Assembly (NCBI RefSeq): GCF_036971445.1
Contig: NC_091479.1
Coordinates: 15,872,001-15,936,000 of the forward strand
Direction: 5' to 3'
DNA: 64,000 bases
Origin: Narcine bancroftii
Lineage: Eukaryota
Shown here: positions 1-11,930 of the stretch, piece after piece
Layout of the letters: the number at the start of each line of letters is the position of its first letter
Position numbering within the stretch: the stretch's first letter is position 1
Position numbers and translations under genes: made by a program
The notes under the pieces: model-generated
The model's database searches: none
What the model saw: only the letters and a program-made list of their open reading frames with translations
What the model was told of the DNA's origin: nothing

Positions 1-270
1 TTCGAGTCCATGCTGCCCCATTTTCCATTCGATTAACCTACATCCCGCATCGGACTTGTCAGTCACCAACGAGCCTGCAGCTCCATAAATCTTCGTCCGC
101 GAAGCCAAACCAAAGAAGAAAGAAAGAACCTACACCCCAGTACATTTTTGAAGAGTGGGAGGAAACCGGAGCTCCCAGAGAAAACCCACAGACACGGGGA
201 GAACGTGCAAACTCCTTACAGACAGCGCGGGATTCAAACCCAGGTCCTGTCCCAATCACTAGCGCCGTAA
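1..270 (-). mobile_element. tRNA-derived V-SINE (HE1-like), interrupted by an RTE insertion
   Basis: Reverse complement of B-box-like ggtttgaatccc and V-domain gtttgcacgttctccccgtgtctgtggg...ctccggtttcctccca. Confidence 0.85.
43..126 (+). mobile_element. RTE LINE extreme 3' end with 8-bp TSD
   Basis: Matches the 3' ends of the RTE copies at 14325 and 29541; GAA-rich tail; TSD aacctaca at 35-42 and 127-134. Confidence 0.85.
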
Positions 271-409
271 ATTCTACTTACTTACACAAACACATTTTCC
301 CTTTCTTCATGCATTGTGCACAGATTGAATGGAACTGCAAGCTTATTAAAAAGAGGATCTACTAACACTGAACATTATGGCCTTCCCTACATCGGAGAGA
401 AGTTCGGTA

Positions 410-875
410 GTTACCAATGACGGGGATTTCCCACTGCCCACCCATTTCAATTCAGCGCCCCACTCCCGCACCGACATGGCTGTCCTTGGCCTTACGTACT
501 GTCAAGCCAAATCCACCCATAAATTGGAGGAGAAACACCTAAAATTACATCTGGGCCCTCTCCAACCGGATGGCTTCAACGTTGACTTCTCTGACTTCTG
601 CTGGACCACTCACCTTCTTCCCCTACCCCATCTTCCCTCCTGCTCTCCACCCCCTTCCGCCTCCATTCACAGAGACATCCTCCCCCCTCCCCCCCGTTTG
701 CTAGTGCGCCCGCCCTCCCTCATCCACCTCCTGCCTGTGAGACCGTGCTCCTTCCCCTGCCCCTCTCCTCTCGAGCGCCTGCCTACATTTTGCTCATACC
801 TTGATGAAGGGCTCAAGCCTGTAATGTTGGTGATGTATCTTTATCTTTGCTCCATAAAATACGCGGTTTTTTTTT
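410..875 (+). mobile_element. Penelope-like element: GIY-YIG C-terminus plus pseudo-LTR
   Basis: Peptide THFNSAPHSRTDMAVLGLTYCQ...KLEEKHL...LGPLQPDGFNVDFS, then a pyrimidine tract and a degenerate hammerhead-like motif at 798-831. Confidence 0.8.
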
Positions 876-959
876 ACTTCTACCACAGATGGGGGGGGGT
901 GGGGGTGATAGGTGGGGTCTTTGGCCAAGTTGGTAAAGTTAGCAGAGCTGGGGCTTTTC

Positions 960-1670
960 TCTTTGGAGTGACTTAATAGAGGTCTTCTGAGAGGCATAGA
1001 TAAAGTCAGCGCCTTTTTCCCAGGTTGACGGTGGCATATACCTGAGGACATCAGGTGAGGGGAGGAAAGTTTAACGGGGACAACAGGGGTAAATTCTTTA
1101 CACAGAGAGTTGTGGGTGCCTAGAATGCATTGCCAGGATGGTGGTGGAGGCTGGTACAATAGAGATATTTTATAGACAAGAAGAAGAGAGGTGTGAGGTC
1201 TCGAAAGTTTAGATCAGTGGTTTTCAAACTTGTTCTTTCCACTCACATTCCACCTTAAGTAATCTCTGTGCCATATGTGCTGTGATCAGTAAGGGATTAC
1301 TTAAGGTGGTGTGTGAGTGGGAAGGGAAGGTTGTGAACTGCTGCTCTCGACCCAGTTGTTACTGAAATATTTTGTTTGAGAAATATTGTCATTGGCCCAT
1401 TTCCTTTGGAGCTCTGAAACGGTGCACATAACGAGTCAATGAGGTACGATTAAAACAGTGGTTTTCAAATGTTTTCTTTCTGCTCACATACCACCTTAAG
1501 CAATCCCTTACTAATCACAGAGCACCTAGGGCATCGGGAATACTTAAGGTGGTTTGTGAGTGGAAAGATAAAGTTTGAGAATCACTGGTTTAGATTGTTG
1601 GGTACATTTATATGGGTCAGCACAACATCATGGGCTGAAGGGCCTGCACTGAGCTGTATGGTTCCATGTT
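960..1670 (+). mobile_element. CR1/HER1 LINE 3' end, split by a MITE
   Basis: Typical CR1 3' sequence (ttacacagagagttgtgggtgcctagaatgcattgcca) and tail gggctgaagggcctg. Confidence 0.75.
1215..1587. mobile_element. Composite hAT (Charlie-like) MITE, full length
   Basis: TIRs cagtggttttcaa / ttgagaatcactg; perfect 8-bp TSD gtttagat at 1207-1214 and 1588-1595. Confidence 0.9.
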
Positions 1671-1868
1671 CATTTCTTATGTTCTACAATAGATGTGTTT
1701 CTCTCAGTTAGATGAATTGTCACAACTACTTGAGCATTTATCAGCTCTGGGGGTGACGAGGTAACTGCTAAGGAACAAGTGTCAATTAATGTCAGTTTAC
1801 TTGGAAGCCATCTGTTTTTGGGTAAAGAGAGATAAAAGCCAGCAAATTGTTTCCAACGATACTGCAGT

Positions 1869-2727
1869 TGTTGCAGGCTTCTGTTCTTTTATAGTGAGCT
1901 AATGTAGGGGGTTGGAACAGGGTGCAAGACCCTCACAGATTTCATAACAACATTTTGTACTTAAGTCCAAGCCATAAACAGAGTTAGTGCTTTCAACTAA
2001 AACTATAAGAATGGATGGTTTACCTAAGGAGAAGACATCTGTTCAGATAAAAAGTCATATGTTTATGACTCATGCTTTTGGTAAATTGAAACTGAAACCA
2101 GTATTGATCAAGCAAGCCACGTGATTGCAGCATTGAGGTTCACTGCCAATTATCTGAAGACAGAAATGAAGTAACATTGTGTGAGTTGGACACTGCTGCT
2201 GTTCTCTCCTCTTCAGGGGATAACAGTGGGCCACTGTGACCATTGTAATGGTCATTTTGATTTACTCATGTCTGGGTAAAGGAAACAGGATCATTCCTGT
2301 ATTTGGATCATTTTGTTTAACCCTTGTCTGGGTTCGTGGAAGTCACAAGTTTCATTTCCCCTCCGCAAGGAAGAGGGGAGTTGTGACCATTATTCATTCG
2401 AAAGGACCCATCCCTGGAAGCAACTCTATAAGGATTTGTGAGTTTTGAGAAGTCTGATGACTCAGTGTCTCACCCACTGTATAATTACGTTTGAACAACA
2501 GTTTCAAAGTTCTGAGTTTCAACACGGGGTTTCTAACACTGAACTTTGAATTGACTTTTCAGAATTGTGCCTAAGCTGTAATGGTTTGTGTAATCCACAA
2601 ACACATACACATTTGAGTATAGTTGGAGTTAAGTTTAGATTTAAGTACGACGTTATGTTATTAGTCATTATTAATAGAATATTATTGTCTTCGTGAATTT
2701 CTACTGCTGCTGGTCTATGATGTAACA
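1869..2727 (+). mobile_element. Probable solo LTR
   Basis: Ends tgttgca...tgtaaca, flanks cagt/ctgt; the 3' half recurs at 17131-17668 with a closely matching terminus. Confidence 0.6.
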
Positions 2728-3004
2728 CTGTAAATATCTTCATCATTAAACTTCACATCTTCTTCATAGCCAAACATTTATTGCACAGATTACTGCACTC
2801 TCAGTAAAAAAAATGCCTCGTAAACATACAAGCCATTCCACTGAAATATTGCCACTTTTGCATTGTTCAATAAGTGATGGGACAGAACAAAGTAAACAGT
2901 GCTTAAAAATTATGTGGAACGCACTTATATGAAACAGCACGCTATTCACGAGCTGAATCAGGTAATGGCCGAACTTCGTTCTTTTCACAAAGCAGTGAAA
3001 CACA

Positions 3005-3310
3005 ATAGGCTGTAGACACCAAAATGCTGGAAGGACTCAGCTGCTCGTTTCAGAATCTACACGGGACAAAGATGTATTGCCGACGTTTCTTCAAGACGAG
3101 AAACAATCAGAATAGGGAGAGGCAGGATATATCAGAAAGTCTCAGAATTCAAACAATGGGGGAGGAATCCGGACCAACAAAAGGTGTTAATTGAATGAGA
3201 AGGGACTACGTGAGAACTTATCGTGTGTGTGCGGAAGGAGACGGGAAATGGATGGGGGAAGAAGGGGATGGGGGGGGGGGAGCCAGAAAAGTTGGAGGGT
3301 GCCCAGTCAG
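3005..3310 (-). mobile_element. Penelope pseudo-LTR fragment
   Basis: aaatgctggaaggactcagc...gacgtttcttcaag followed by a purine tract, as in the other copies. Confidence 0.6.
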
Positions 3311-3427
3311 AAGAAGAGGTGTTTTTCCTCAAAGAAGGTGCCCACAGAATCGTTGCCAGCTCTCCCATCAACCCCGCTCCGCCATTCAACCTCCGTCGAT
3401 TGCTTCATGTTAATTGCGATGTGGGAG

Positions 3428-3670
3428 CGGGCGGTATGGTTAATGTAGTCGCTAGCACAAAGCTATCATAGCAACCGCAATAAACTTGCTCTCTGCAAGT
3501 TTATACGTTCTCCCTGTGCCTACTTGGATCTTCTCCATGTCCTCTGGTTTCCATCTACCCTTCAAAACATACTGTGGTTGTAGATTAATTTGCATATAAT
3601 TGGGCAGCATCTGTTTATATGGCTGGGATTGGCTTCTACCGTGTTGCAAATACAATTTGAATTTAAGGAG
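3428..3670 (+). mobile_element. V-SINE (HE1-like), diverged
   Basis: tRNA-like head, tacgttctccctgtg core, AT-rich tail. Confidence 0.7.
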
Positions 3671-3684
3671 GCCATTTGGCCCAT

Positions 3685-3932
3685 TGAGGTGGGATGTGGG
3701 TGGAAAGAAAAAGTTTAAATCGTCCCTCATTGACTCATGCGCACGGTTTCAGGAAATGGGCCGATGACAATTTTTCTCAAGCCAAATATTTCAGTAACAA
3801 TTGGGTCTGGAGCAGTGGTTCCCAACATTCACATCCCACCTTAAGCAATCCCTTACTAATCACAGAGCACTGATGGCATAGGGATGACTTAAAGCGGGAT
3901 GCGAGTGGAAAGAAAAAGGTTGAGAACCACCG
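3685..3932. mobile_element. Composite hAT MITE, partial
   Basis: Same modules as 1215-1587; one end missing. Confidence 0.8.
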
Positions 3933-4036
3933 CTGTAGGTAATGGCCATAAAAAGTTTAAAATTAGAAAGAGTGAGTATGTATTTTGAACAGAAGCCATT
4001 TGCTAATACTTAATACAATGGGGCAGGCATAACTCT

Positions 4037-4237
4037 CAGTGGTTCTCAACCAGTGGGCCACAGTGTGTTTCCATGTGAATCTTTGGTTAAAAAAAAACTT
4101 TACATTAGATAAAGATGTGTTTCTTGCAGAGCTCCCTTTGACTTGAAAATATTGCTCCATCATTACCAATACTGGGCCATGGTACATTAGGCCAGAGTCC
4201 AGGTGGGCCTTAGGTTGATAGAGGTTGAGAACCACTG
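4037..4237. mobile_element. Second hAT MITE family (~200 bp)
   Basis: TIRs cagtggttctcaacc / ggttgagaaccactg around an unrelated interior; no TSD recognised. Confidence 0.65.
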
Positions 4238-4884
4238 TTTGACGTGCTGGGGACCTAAGTTCAGAAACTTCAAGCACCACACATACCCAACACTCTACTT
4301 AGAACACAATTGGTGTTTTTACATTTCATTGCTTGGTAGCTGAGATTGATAGAAGGCAAAATCTAATTGCTGTTGCGTCTCACTTGAGTTGTCAAAATGA
4401 ACTCCCACCACCCGCTGCTGGAGACAAGAAGCCAAGCATTTTAGCTAGTCATAGCAGTGCTTACAGGATGCCGACAATCAGCTAAATTATTGTAATGAAT
4501 AGGGTTGAGATAGGAAATAGTTTCTTCGGGAAGCAATCAGCTGAGCACAGCGGAACTGTGTTATATCTAAAGACGGAGGAAATAAAGTGAAATGTTAGAA
4601 AGGGGAAGGGTGTTTGAGGGGCTAGCCGCTACGAATTTAAGCAAGCAGCGAGCTTGACAGACTCAGATTTCAGATTTATTGTCAGAGTCCATACATGACA
4701 TCACATACAGCCCCGAGATTCTTTTACCCAGCGGGCCAGGTAGAATTACCACTAAGTGGTGATGAATGAAAAAAAAGCAGATCAGGCAGAATCCATGGGC
4801 AGGAATGATCAATTAAGTGTGTTGGTTTGGGTGCCTTCAATGGAGAATCAAGTCTCGAGCAAGGGTTCCAATCCAAAACTTAAA

Positions 4885-5115
4885 AAGGTAAACGTGCTGC
4901 ACGGTAACAGGTCCTTCCGGCCCAAGAGCCTGTTACAACCCAATCACGTGCAATTAACCTGCAATCCTCCTCCGTGCATTTTTGGAAGATGGGAGGGAAC
5001 CTGAGCACCCGGAGGGAACCCATGCAGACACGGATTCCTTGCGGACAGCGCGGGATTTGAACCTGGGTCACTGGCGCTGTAAGAGCGTGGCACTTACCGC
5101 TGCTTGACCCACTGT
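4885..5115 (-). mobile_element. V-SINE (HE1-like)
   Basis: gcacggtaacagg tail and cagcgcgggatttgaacc head. Confidence 0.8.
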
Positions 5116-5545
5116 GTTCCTCTAAATGTGCATTGCTTGTTCTAGATTCCAATATCTGTTGTCGTTCATGCAACCGGCAAAAAAAATGGAGGAAAATGAA
5201 GAAGTAAAAATGAAAATAAATAAGATTAAAATTGTAAAAAGTAAACGTTCTCTGAAGTTTGGTGAAGATGGGAGCTGTCCGAAAGGAGTGGGTTTCTGCC
5301 AAATGATCCAGTGTCCTCCCACCCTTCAAACCATTAGGAGGTTGTAGATTAATTGGGTGGCACGGACTCATGGGCTGGAAAGACCTGCTAGCATACTGTA
5401 TGTCTAAAGGACGAGGCAGAATAGTTTGCCACAAACTACAAGGGCTGAAGGGTCTGTTTCTGTGCTGCCATGTTCTATGGTTCTTCGAATTATTTGCTTA
5501 AATTGTGACACAGATGATCTAGAACTTGGAGGATTTCCGAGCAGA

Positions 5546-6123
5546 TAGATAGTCCCCGACTTGTGATGATCCAACATGATTTTTTAGTGACGATGGCTCA
5601 AATCCAGACTGTATTTCAAATTTTAAGTGATTTCCGACAGCACTATCAGTCCACACATTGATTCCACTTCCCTGCTCTCTCCTGACACCCCCATGTCAGT
5701 CTACACACTGATTCCACTGCCCCGCTCTCTCCTGACAGCCCAAACTGATTCCCTGCCCCACTCCCCTCCCCACAGCTTCGTATCAGTCCCCACAGTGATC
5801 CCACTGCCCCATTCTCTCACCACACCCCCATGTTGGTCCCCACACAGATCCCACTGCTCCACTCTCTCCCGATGGCCCAATTTCAGCCCTCAAATTGATC
5901 TCACTACCCTGCTTTCTCCTCACAGCACCACACTGATCCCACTGCCTTGCTTTCTTCCCACAGCCTCGTGTCAGTATCCACACTGATCCCACTGCCCCAC
6001 CCATTCTCCACAGCCTCGTGTCGGTCCCCACAGTGATCCAACTGCCCTTTTCAGACTTACAACTTTTTCGACTTGCGATGGGAGGGCCAGATCGCAACCC
6101 CATCGTCAGTTGAGGATCACCTG
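5546..6123. mobile_element. Tigger-like non-autonomous transposon with internal ~50-bp minisatellite
   Basis: Ends agatagtccccgacttgtgatg / catcgtcagttgaggatcacctg|ta; about 8 degenerate units based on ccacactgatcccactgccccgctctctcc; related copy at 35590-35827. Confidence 0.65.
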
Positions 6124-6889
6124 TACGAAAATTTGTGCTCAGTGTGTCTCAGTTATGTTAACCAAGTTAAAGCCTTGTTTTCTTTACACCTCACTTAACA
6201 TATCTTTTATGTCCGTCGGAGAGAGAGGCACGGAAGAACCCAAAACTTGACGGCGTCACGGGGAAGGGGGCCCATAAACTTTGAGCAGAGTCCAAAGGTG
6301 GCCATAGCCAAAACAATGGTTGTGAATGGATGACCCATGTGAGATGTTTGCGGGACCATGCTACCCATACATTGGGTTTCACACATTTCAACACGGAAAT
6401 GTGTTGTCAGCATCCAAGATCTTAAAAAGTTTGAAAAAAGTTACTGATCTTTCATTCTCCCGAAGTGGGTCACAGTGAGTGGATTATAGTTGGAAACATG
6501 AAAGCGACTCAAATCCAATTATGTCTTCCAGAACCGGGCATTGTACAGGGAAGCTTCAGAAGTGGAGGACTAAAGGTGGTAACTATGGAAACTTACAAAG
6601 AAACATTTGGTCTAAATTCAGTGATGTATTTTCGTGTTATGTCAGGCACGTTAATGCCCATTCACGATTAGATTCCTGTTTCATGGGAAAGGCAATAATA
6701 GCCCTAGAAGTCCATGGGTTTTGCTCTTGTGACTTTACTGTTCTTGTCCGATCTTTCTTTGTGCGTGACCTTTATGGTAACTTAGCGCAGTTTCCATCAG
6801 GGGAGCTCATTCCGCCACGATGATTACTCGGCGAGATTGGCTGAATGACTCACACAGGTTGCAAGCCAAAGACTAGCTTATGGGAACCG

Positions 6890-8200
6890 GATTTATTGTC
6901 AGAGTAGATACAGGACATCACACACAACCCTGAGATTCCTTTTTCCTGCGGGTGTGGCAGAATTACCACTAAATGGCAGCGCAAACAATAAACTGTCCAC
7001 AGCGCAAAACATGTAAACAGATAATAAATGTAAACAAACTATGCAAAACAGAGGGAACAAAAATAAAAATGCTAAGGTGCGAAAATAAGAGTCCTTAAAT
7101 AAGACCCTGATTGAGTTTGTTGTGGAGGAATCTGATGGTGGAGGGGTAGCAGCTGTTCCTGAACCTGATGGGGTAAGTCTTGTGGCACCGATATCTCTTT
7201 CCTGATGGCAGCAGTGAGAACAGAGCGTGTGCTGGGTGTTGAAGGTCTTTGATGGTTGCTGGTGCTCTCCGACGGCAGCGTTTCCCGTAGATGTAGTGGG
7301 GAGGATTTTGCCTGTGATTTCCTGGGCTGCGTCCACTATTTTTTGGAGGGCTTTACGCTCGGGGGGGTATTTGTGTCCCCATACCGGGCCGTGATGCAGC
7401 CGGTCAGCACACTTTTCACCACACCACTGTAGAAATTTGCCAGGGTTTCCGATGTCATACCAAACCTCCGTAAGCTCCTGAGGAAGTAGAGGCGCTGACG
7501 TGCTTTCTTCATGGTGCCATTGGTGTGCTGGGTCCAGGAAAGATCCTCTGAGACAGTGAATCCCCAGAATTTAAATTTGCTTACCCTCTCCACCTCTGAT
7601 TTCAGTGATCACTGGATTGTGAACCTCTGGCTTTTCTTTCCTGAAGTCAAAAATCAGTTACTTAGTTTTGGTTACATTGAGTGCGAGGTGGTTGTTGGTG
7701 GACCATTCAGCCAAGTTTCCAATCTCCCTCCTTGATGCTGATTCATCCCCTTCCTTTACACAACCCATTGCCATGGTATCATTGGCAAATTTGTAGATGG
7801 TGTCATTGTCGTACCGAGCTGCACAGTCGTAGATGTAAAATGAGTAGAACAGGGTGGGTGATAACATAGCCCTGTGGTGCTCCGGTACTGATGGAGATTA
7901 TGGAGAAGTTGTTCAGACCAATCTTCACTGACTGTGATCTGGAGATGAGGAAATCCATGATCTAATTACACAGTGGGGCGTTAACTCCCAGGCCTTAGAA
8001 TTTGCTGATCAGTTTTGAGGCGATGATGGTGTTAAAATGCCGAACTGTAGTCGATAAAGAGCATCCTGCTGTACAGGTGTTCCACGGACAGTGAGGCAGC
8101 ATCTGCCACAGACCTGTTACGATGACGGGCAAACTGGAATGTTTCCATGTTACCGCTCAGACAGGAACTGATAGGCTTCACCACCAGCCTTTCAAAACAC
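6890..8200 (-). mobile_element. Rex1/Babar LINE: degenerate RT C-terminal half and 3' UTR
   Basis: Frameshifted peptides CFERLVVK...FQFAR...MLFIDYSSAF, KFANDT, LNVTKTK, KKARQRLYFLRSLRRFGM...VLTGCIT. Confidence 0.9.
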
Positions 8201-8249
8201 TCTTCTTGGGCGCTGGTACGATAGAAACCGGTGGGCACTACGCTCTGCT

Positions 8250-8535
8250 GGAGTGAGATACGTAACCAGCTGTCAGAACCAGGGTTTGAGAGGTTGCTGA
8301 GGGCAAGAAAGGCTCCCAAAGGGCCTTGAGCGCTGAAGGCTTCCTGATCATATCAGAGGTTTGGATCTGGTCCTCACGTTGTCAATGGTCTGTGCTGGAG
8401 GTGAATCCATGGACACTCAGTGTCTCTGAAGGGACCCTCTTTAGTTTCTCTTTTTCCTATTGTTGGGGGCACTGGGCAATGCGCAAGGTGACTCTCCGTT
8501 TGCCTTACGCCAGACAAAAGTTATACATTTTTAAT
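8250..8535 (+). mobile_element. Unclassified GC-rich retroposon family, copy 1
   Basis: ctgaaggcttcctgatc...gaggtttggatctgg core recurs at 37330-38380 and 44050-44590. Confidence 0.6.
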
Positions 8536-8538
8536 GTA

Positions 8539-8705
8539 CAGTAAAAAAAAACTATCCAGCACCTATGGGGATTGGTAAATGCCGGATAAGTATATCTTCC
8601 AGTTGCTTGAGAAGCGTTGTTGGCGAACTAACAGCAAGGCGTGTAAATTTTAAACTTCCATATTTTTAAACCTATTTATTTTACGTGATTTTTTTTGCCG
8701 GTTTT
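8539..8705. mobile_element. Short Tigger-like MITE
   Basis: Starts ta|cagtaaaa...tatccagcacc; an inverted homologue lies at 11350-11547. Confidence 0.6.
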
Positions 8706-8990
8706 GAAAAGGAACCCTTAAATTGCAGAAATAGAATTTGAAAGGAGCTAAGGAGTTGTATATTTATTTACCAAACCTAACAACTGCTAATTTATCTTTG
8801 AGGAATGAAGCATCACAGACATTGGTTTAAGTACAGGCCAGCAATAAGATAAGTCATCAGAACTCATTGCCAAGCTACAGTGGATGAAAAGGTGACTATA
8901 TGAACACAAAGTTTTGTTTAGCATTGTTTGTTATTTTGTTGCATTGGGGCGAGATAGAAGAGGCAGAAAAGAGTTAATGTCATTTGAGAG

Positions 8991-9303
8991 TGTGACTGAG
9001 TATATTGATATGTTTTTGGGAGATAAATTGGCAAAGGTTTGTTAGAGTAGGTCACATACAAACACTTTAAAACAAATCTTATTTGAAATACTGGAGCTCT
9101 GCCCCATGCTGGACATATCAGCTACACAGCTTTTGCAAGAGCTTTGAAGAGTACTCAAGAGGTTTCGCTAATGGATCGTAGTTTACCAAAGGCAACAGAT
9201 GAAAGAGCCTGCTGGAGCCGCTGCTGTCTGGAAGAGAGCTTGCTGTTGTAAGAGGGTCATGTGGTTTTGCAAGCAGAGAGAATAAAAAGCAGGCTTTCTG
9301 TCT

Positions 9304-9351
<48 letters not shown>

Positions 9352-9608
9352 CACAGAGATTACTTGTCCAGTGTTACAGCCAGCAGAAGCAGCTGGGACT
9401 GGAACAGGACAAGCTGGCAAGCCCATTTGGAAGATGGCCTGGTCAAAGCAAGAGGAGAGGACTGGCTGTCTAATGTCGAATAAGAGAAACAGAAAGGAAC
9501 TTTGTGGAGATCTGAAAGAAAGAGGTTATCATCTGGCGAACCCTGAAGGGACAAGTTTCGTCAGCAAGACACTGGATTGGCTGATCTGAAGGAATCAGTT
9601 GTGGATGT
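8991..9608. mobile_element. LTR fragment with an internal (GA)n microsatellite
   Basis: Reverse-complement homologue of the solo LTR at 24228-25140; begins tgtgac; cut off by a MITE. Confidence 0.75.
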
Positions 9609-9887
9609 CCTGCTCTGTGATTAGTAAGGGATGGTTTAAGGTGGGATGTGAGTGGAAAGGTTGAGAACCACTGCTCTAGACCCAATTGTTACTGAAATAT
9701 TTTGCTTGAGAAAAATTGTCGTAGGCCTATTTTCCTTTGGAGCTCTAAAACCGTGCACATAATGAGTCAATTAAAACTGGTTTGCAAACTTTTTTTTAGT
9801 AATCCTTTACTATCACAGAGCTCCTATGGCATAGGGATTATTTAAGGTGGTATGTGAGTAGGGAAAAAAAAAGGTTGAGAACCACTG
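9609..9887. mobile_element. Composite hAT MITE, partial
   Basis: Same modules as 1215-1587; right TIR ggttgagaaccactg. Confidence 0.8.
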
Positions 9888-10614
9888 GTTTAGAGGGATA
9901 AGGGGGGATTCTCATTGAAACCCACTGAATATTGAAAGGCTGGATAGCGTGGACGTGAAGAGGTTGTTTACAGTACTGGGAGAGTCTAGATCCAGAGGGC
10001 AAAGCATCAGAATAAAAGGACATCCCTGCAGAACAGAGATGAGGAGAATATTTTCTCAGACAGTACGTGGTTATTCTACGGAATTCGTTACCACCGACTA
10101 GGGTCCCGTCCCCGGCCACATCCTGATCTCCCTATGAACTTCGTTCGTTTTACCAGTGGTCTGTGTCAAGGCTAAAAGCCTTGTGTTTTTGATTTTTGTT
10201 AATTCTATGACTATCCATTTGAGAAAGATTGTTGGTGTAGTGTTACCATAGCTACTATGACGTCATATGTTGTAATATCTGGGCGGACGGAGAGTTTGTG
10301 TCTCATTCTTTGAAGAGCCATGGAGAAAGTCCTCGAAATTCTTTGTCTTAATCATATTATTTATTTTATCGATATGTTTTTAAATATAGCCAAATTCTTT
10401 GTTTATCCATCTTTATGAAAATCTTGATGTGAAGTTATGCAAAATGGTTATATCAACTAATTAAAGACTATGTAAAGCTGCAACTACGAAGTTTGGTTTT
10501 TCGGAGTGATAAGATTGTCATTCGGAATATCGAAGCTTACGTTTCTTGGAAGATGACATGTCCTGGAGTTGAAAATTACTAGAACTTGGAAAGTGTCACC
10601 TACAGTCTAATATA

Positions 10615-10860
10615 TGATTAAAGGTGGGAGCAGCTTTTCATACACATTCCAGAGTGTTCTCTCCTCTGGTGGTGACGTTGACTTGCTGTTGAAACTATAG
10701 TAGAACAATGTTCAGGTTGGTGTGGTTGAAGTCCCATCAGGCTGGGACGTCTGGGCTTCACAGCTCCTTCATCGGTTCACCTTCATTCACCGAAGGTGGG
10801 GCATAAACTGCGGCAGTCAGCGTGGACTCCCTGGGCAGGTAGGCGGGTCTGCATTTCCTT
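10615..10860 (-). mobile_element. Rex1/Babar LINE endonuclease (APE) fragment
   Basis: KCRPAYLPRE...AVYAPPS and GDFNHTNL...VNVTTRGENTL motifs, with stops. Confidence 0.8.
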
Positions 10861-11349
10861 ACCACCGACCAAGGTCCCGTCCCCAGCCACGTCCTGATCT
10901 CCCTGTGAACTTCGTTCCTTTTACCCGTGAGCAGTAGGACTTTACTTTGTGCACCAGTTCTCAATTAAGCAAATGCACTCCTCTCGAGTCTTGGCAGAAG
11001 CAGAAACATCTCTGTCTGCCCTGAGGGAAATAAGGCCATCTAGCCAGGTCGCTGAGTTCTGGAGCCACGTTCCTGTCATCATCAGAGCAGAGCAGCTCTT
11101 CAGTTCTCCCCTGCAGTTGAATGTGGCTTATTCATTTTTATGTCTCAATTATTATTTCCCATGCAGTATTGTTTTAAATCTACAGGGATCAGCACTTGAA
11201 AATAAAATGTTTGCAGTACTGCAAGAAATAGCATCTTGATTTATTGGAATAGCTTGGCAGGGCTTAATCGAGAACTATCAAGTCAAAAGCCTTTGCCATC
11301 CAACACTGATATCAAACCATGATTTATTGAGTGTTAGACCTCAAATAAA

Positions 11350-11547
11350 TTACCATTATCTGGAATTCAAGAAACCGGCATTAAAAAATAATTGCATAAA
11401 ATAAATACTATAGAGTTAAAAAAAAATACTAAAGTTTAAAATTGACGCTCCCTTGCGGTTAGTTCACCAATCCATGCAACACGCAATCTCAAGCAACCGA
11501 CAAATTCACTTATCCGGCATCCACCAAACTACATTGGTGCCGGATAG
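11350..11547. mobile_element. Short Tigger-like MITE
   Basis: Inverted homologue of 8539-8705. Confidence 0.6.
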
Positions 11548-11930
11548 CCTCTGGCTGAAGAAATTCCTCCGCATCTCTGTTCGAAGTGGACGCTCTTCAA
11601 CCCTGAAGTTGGGGCCTCCTGCCCTAGACTCTCCCACCATGGGAAGCAGCCTTGCAACATCTACTCTGTCCACGCCTTTCCACATTCAAAATGTTTCAAT
11701 GAGATGCTTCCCCCTCCCTTCTAAATTCCAACGAGTATTACACCTCATAATGATAACCCTTTAGATTCCCGGAATCCTCCTTGTGGACCTCCTCTGAAAC
11801 CCTCTCCGACGTCAGCACGTCCTTTTCTTAGATGAGGGGCCCGAAACTGCTCACGATACTCCAAATCAGGTCTCACCAGTGCTTTATCAACTCGCAACAT
11901 CACATCCCTGCTCTTGTATTCCCTGCCACT
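11548..11930 (-). mobile_element. CR1 LINE fragment
   Basis: Reverse complement of CR1 3' coding sequence (gagtatcgtgagcagtttcgggcccctcatctaagaaa). Confidence 0.75.

Noticed and set aside
282-334. Minus-strand exon-like segment (ttgcag|...|gtaagt) as a possible CD276 tail exon
   Set aside because: The in-phase peptide PFNLCTMHEERENVFV* does not resemble B7-H3 tails; unsupported without cDNA.
10949-11239. ORF ending QEIAS*, similar to the human B7-H3 C-terminus (QEIA*)
   Set aside because: On the opposite strand to the CD276 exons, with no other similarity; coincidence.
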